Origin: Protoeuglena noctilucae
Taxonomy: Eukaryota
Reading direction: 5' to 3'
Length of the DNA stretch: 64,000 bases
NCBI GenBank assembly: GCA_958009085.1
Contig: OY253687.1
Coordinates: forward strand, 496,001 to 560,000
Part shown: positions 61,363-64,000 of the stretch, piece after piece
Layout of the letters: every line of letters starts with the position of its first letter
Numbering within the stretch: position 1 is the stretch's first letter
Made by a program: the position numbers and the translations under genes
Notes under the pieces: generated by a model
Seen by the model: only the letters and a program-made list of their open reading frames with translations
What the model was told of the DNA's origin: nothing
Databases searched by the model: none

Positions 61363-61670
61363 CCCTCCTACGCGTAAATCTCGCGGTGATGCCGCGGCAG
61401 CGAACCCCGAGACGCCCCCCACGGACCGCTCTTCGAGCTTTCGACGAACGCGAGCGAGGGGAAGCTTTCGTCGGACACAGAACACACCGCGTGCTCTTTC
61501 GACAAACAGACCGCGAGATTCCCGGGCGCGATGGCCTGCCGGGGGTACACGGCGCGCGGCGTTCGTGCGGTGTCTGGCACCGGCGGACCCGCCTTCCGCC
61601 CGCTCCCTGCGCCCCGCCTGTCCTTTCCCCGGACCCTTCGCCGGCACAAACCCCGCGCGCAGGGACGACC

Positions 61671-63486
61671 ATGTCCCACCGGAAGTTCGAGCGTGAGTTT
61701 CCGCCCCGCGCCGGCTGCGACCCCCGCCGGGCCCCGTGCGCCCCCCGCGTCCCCGGCGCGAGGTGTCCGCGGATCCCTCGATTCGTACGCGATCCCGGGA
61801 GAGCTCGGGCCGCCCCCCAGCGCTTCGGGGTGCCTGGACCTCCCCGCGACGCCCTCCCGCCCCGCCCCCGCAGACCCCCGCTACGGGAACCTGGGCTTCC
61901 TGCCCAAGAAGCGCTGCCGGCGCGGTCGGGGCCGCGTCAAGCACTTCCCCAAGGATGACCCGGCCAAGAAGCCGCACCTGACCGCCTTCATCGGCTTCAA
62001 GGCCGGCATGACGCACATCCTGCGCGAGGTCGAGAAGCCCGGCTCCAAACTGCACAAGAAGGAGGTCATCGAGCCCGTCACCATCATCGAGACCCCGCCC
62101 ATGGGTGCGTGGCGCTCCCAGCTGCCGGCCTGCTCCGGGCGCTCTTCCCGCGCGCCCCCCGCACCGCCCGCGCCCCTCCCCCGCAGTCATCGTCGGCCTC
62201 ACTGGCTACGTGGAGACCTACCGCGGCGTGCGCAGCTACAAGACGGTCTGGGCGCAGCACCTCAACGACGAGGTCAAGCGCCGCTTCTACAAGAACTACT
62301 ACAAGTCCAAGAAGGCCGCCTTCCGCAAGTACGCTGCCGGTTTCGACGAGAGCAAGCTCAAGAGCGAGCTGGAGGACATCAAGAAGCACTGCTCGGTCGT
62401 CCGCGCCATCGCGCACACGCAGGCGCGTCCCGCCCCGCGCCCGGCCCGCCGCCGCCCCGCGCCTCCCCTCCTCTGCCGCCTCACGGTTCCCTCGCTGTTC
62501 CTGGTTTCGCAGAACAAGAAGGCCGGGTGCAACAACACCAAGGGGCAGCGCAAGGCGCACATCATGGAGATCCAGGTCAACGGGGGCAACGTGGCGGCCA
62601 AGGTGGACTTCGCCTACTCGCTCTTCGAGAAGGCCGTCTCCGTGGACACGGTGTTCGCCAAGGACGAGATGATCGACACGATCGCCATCACCAAGGGCAA
62701 GGGCACGGAGGGCGTGGTGGCCCGCTGGGGCGTGTCGCGGCTGCCGCGCAAGACGCACCGCGGTCTCCGCAAGGTCGGCTGCATCGGCGCGTGGCACCCC
62801 GCCGCCGTCAAGTGGACCGTGCCCCGCGCCGGTCAGATGGGCTTCCACCACCGTACGGAGATCAACAAGAAGGTCTACAAGCTCGGCAAGGCCGGCGAGG
62901 CCTCGCACAAGGCCACGACCGACTTCGACATGACGGAGAAGGTGCGGGGCGGGGCGGGACGCGGGGCCTGCCGCTGGCGGAGGGGGCCGGACGTTGCTGG
63001 CGAGGGGGCCGGACACCATCGCACTGTCTCTTTTCCTCGAGGTGCCCGTTTTCATGGCCCGCGGGATGTAACCCGGTGCAAGACTGACTCCCGATCCTGG
63101 CTCACGGCGGCCGGGGCCCACGTCCCCGGCTGCGGGTGCTGGGGCCGGGCACACGCGCGACCGCACGCCGCGCCACGACGCGCGCTCTGCCCTCTGCCCG
63201 CGCCAACCCCCACCCTCGGCTTCGGCGCCTGCAGGACATCACGCCGATGGGCGGCTTCCCCCAGTACGGTGTCGTGAAGGAGGACTACCTGCTGGTGAAG
63301 GGGTCGGTGCCCGGGACGCGCAAGCGGGCAATCACGCTGCGCCAGTCGGTGTTCAAGCCCACGACGCGCAACGCGCTGGAGGAGATCTCGATCAAGTTCA
63401 TCGACACGGCCTCCAAGTTCGGCAAGGGCCGCTTCCAGACCTCGGAGGAGAAGGCTGCCTTCTACGGCCGCACCAAGGCACAGTGA
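61671..63486 (+). CDS. RPL3: 60S ribosomal protein L3 (uL3), 5 exons
   Basis: [84 protein letters not shown]. Confidence 0.99.
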
Positions 63487-64000
63487 GCGCCCGCGGCTGG
63501 CGTGCCGCAAGTCCACGACGGCGCTGCTTAGCCGAGGGCCGCCAGGCCGCCTTCGCGTCGCGCTGCGCCACGCCCCTGGCAAGCTGCTCTGGCGCTGCGA
63601 TGGCTTGCCAGTGCCGGTGCCGGGAAGAGCTGTTGAAGGACGGGGAACTGACGGGAACGCTTAGACAGGGTGTGCGAAGGAGAGAGCCGCGCGCCCTGTG
63701 TTTGAGAGAGGAGTGTAGACGAGTTTGGGGAGATTTGGCCACACAAAGTCACACCAGGGACAGGCAGAGGGGGACAGGGAAGCCATGAACGCCTTGACTG
63801 GCAGGTGACTCGTTACGCCTCGCGGTCCGTTGGGGCGGGGCCCGCGGTCCTCGCGAGCGCGGCCTGCGACGCTGCGCTTGGCGTGAATCGCGAATCACGG
63901 TGCTCCCGTCCCATGCTTGTGCCCGTCGAGAAACGGATATAAGCTTTCATTGCTTTCGCGCCCGTGCTCCGTCCCTCCCGCGCGTCGAGCGACCGGGGAG

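Noticed and set aside
1..64000. Non-standard genetic code, selenoproteins, introner repeats, transposases, CRISPR arrays, tRNA/rRNA, TPP riboswitch
   Set aside because: TAA, TAG and TGA all end conserved proteins, and no in-frame stops were seen in exons. Introns show no mutual similarity by eye, and no diagnostic motifs for the other elements were found.

Overview
This is eukaryotic nuclear DNA: very GC-rich and gene-dense, with many short spliceosomal introns and the standard genetic code. Plastid-targeted proteins (Rubisco activase-like, starch-binding CBM protein, thylakoid Tat substrate) indicate a green alga (Chlorophyta); the lineage cannot be fixed from sequence alone. I assembled about 25 multi-exon protein genes by hand. 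CDS coordinates span start codon to stop codon and include introns, and several starts are inferred. One gene is a 39-aa two-exon Cys/His microprotein absent from the ORF track. The window also holds a U1 snRNA gene (+) and a U5 snRNA gene (-). Main result: these two snRNA genes, 24 kb apart, share a position-exact cassette. It has an ungapped 41-nt upstream block (boxes at -79 and -51), TATA at -32, and, just after the RNA, a covarying hairpin followed by an identical 16-mer ACACTGATCGGAAGCA that does not match the land-plant 3' box. Other points: an unusually high rate of GC-AG introns (about 19 found), two long pre-miRNA-like foldbacks, an esterase-CBM-CBM-esterase plastid protein, an ICL/PEP-mutase-family enzyme with catalytic Cys replaced by Pro, a tandem Nudix protein and a basic-repeat low-complexity protein. 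No database searches or folding programs were run; family calls rest on motif recognition.
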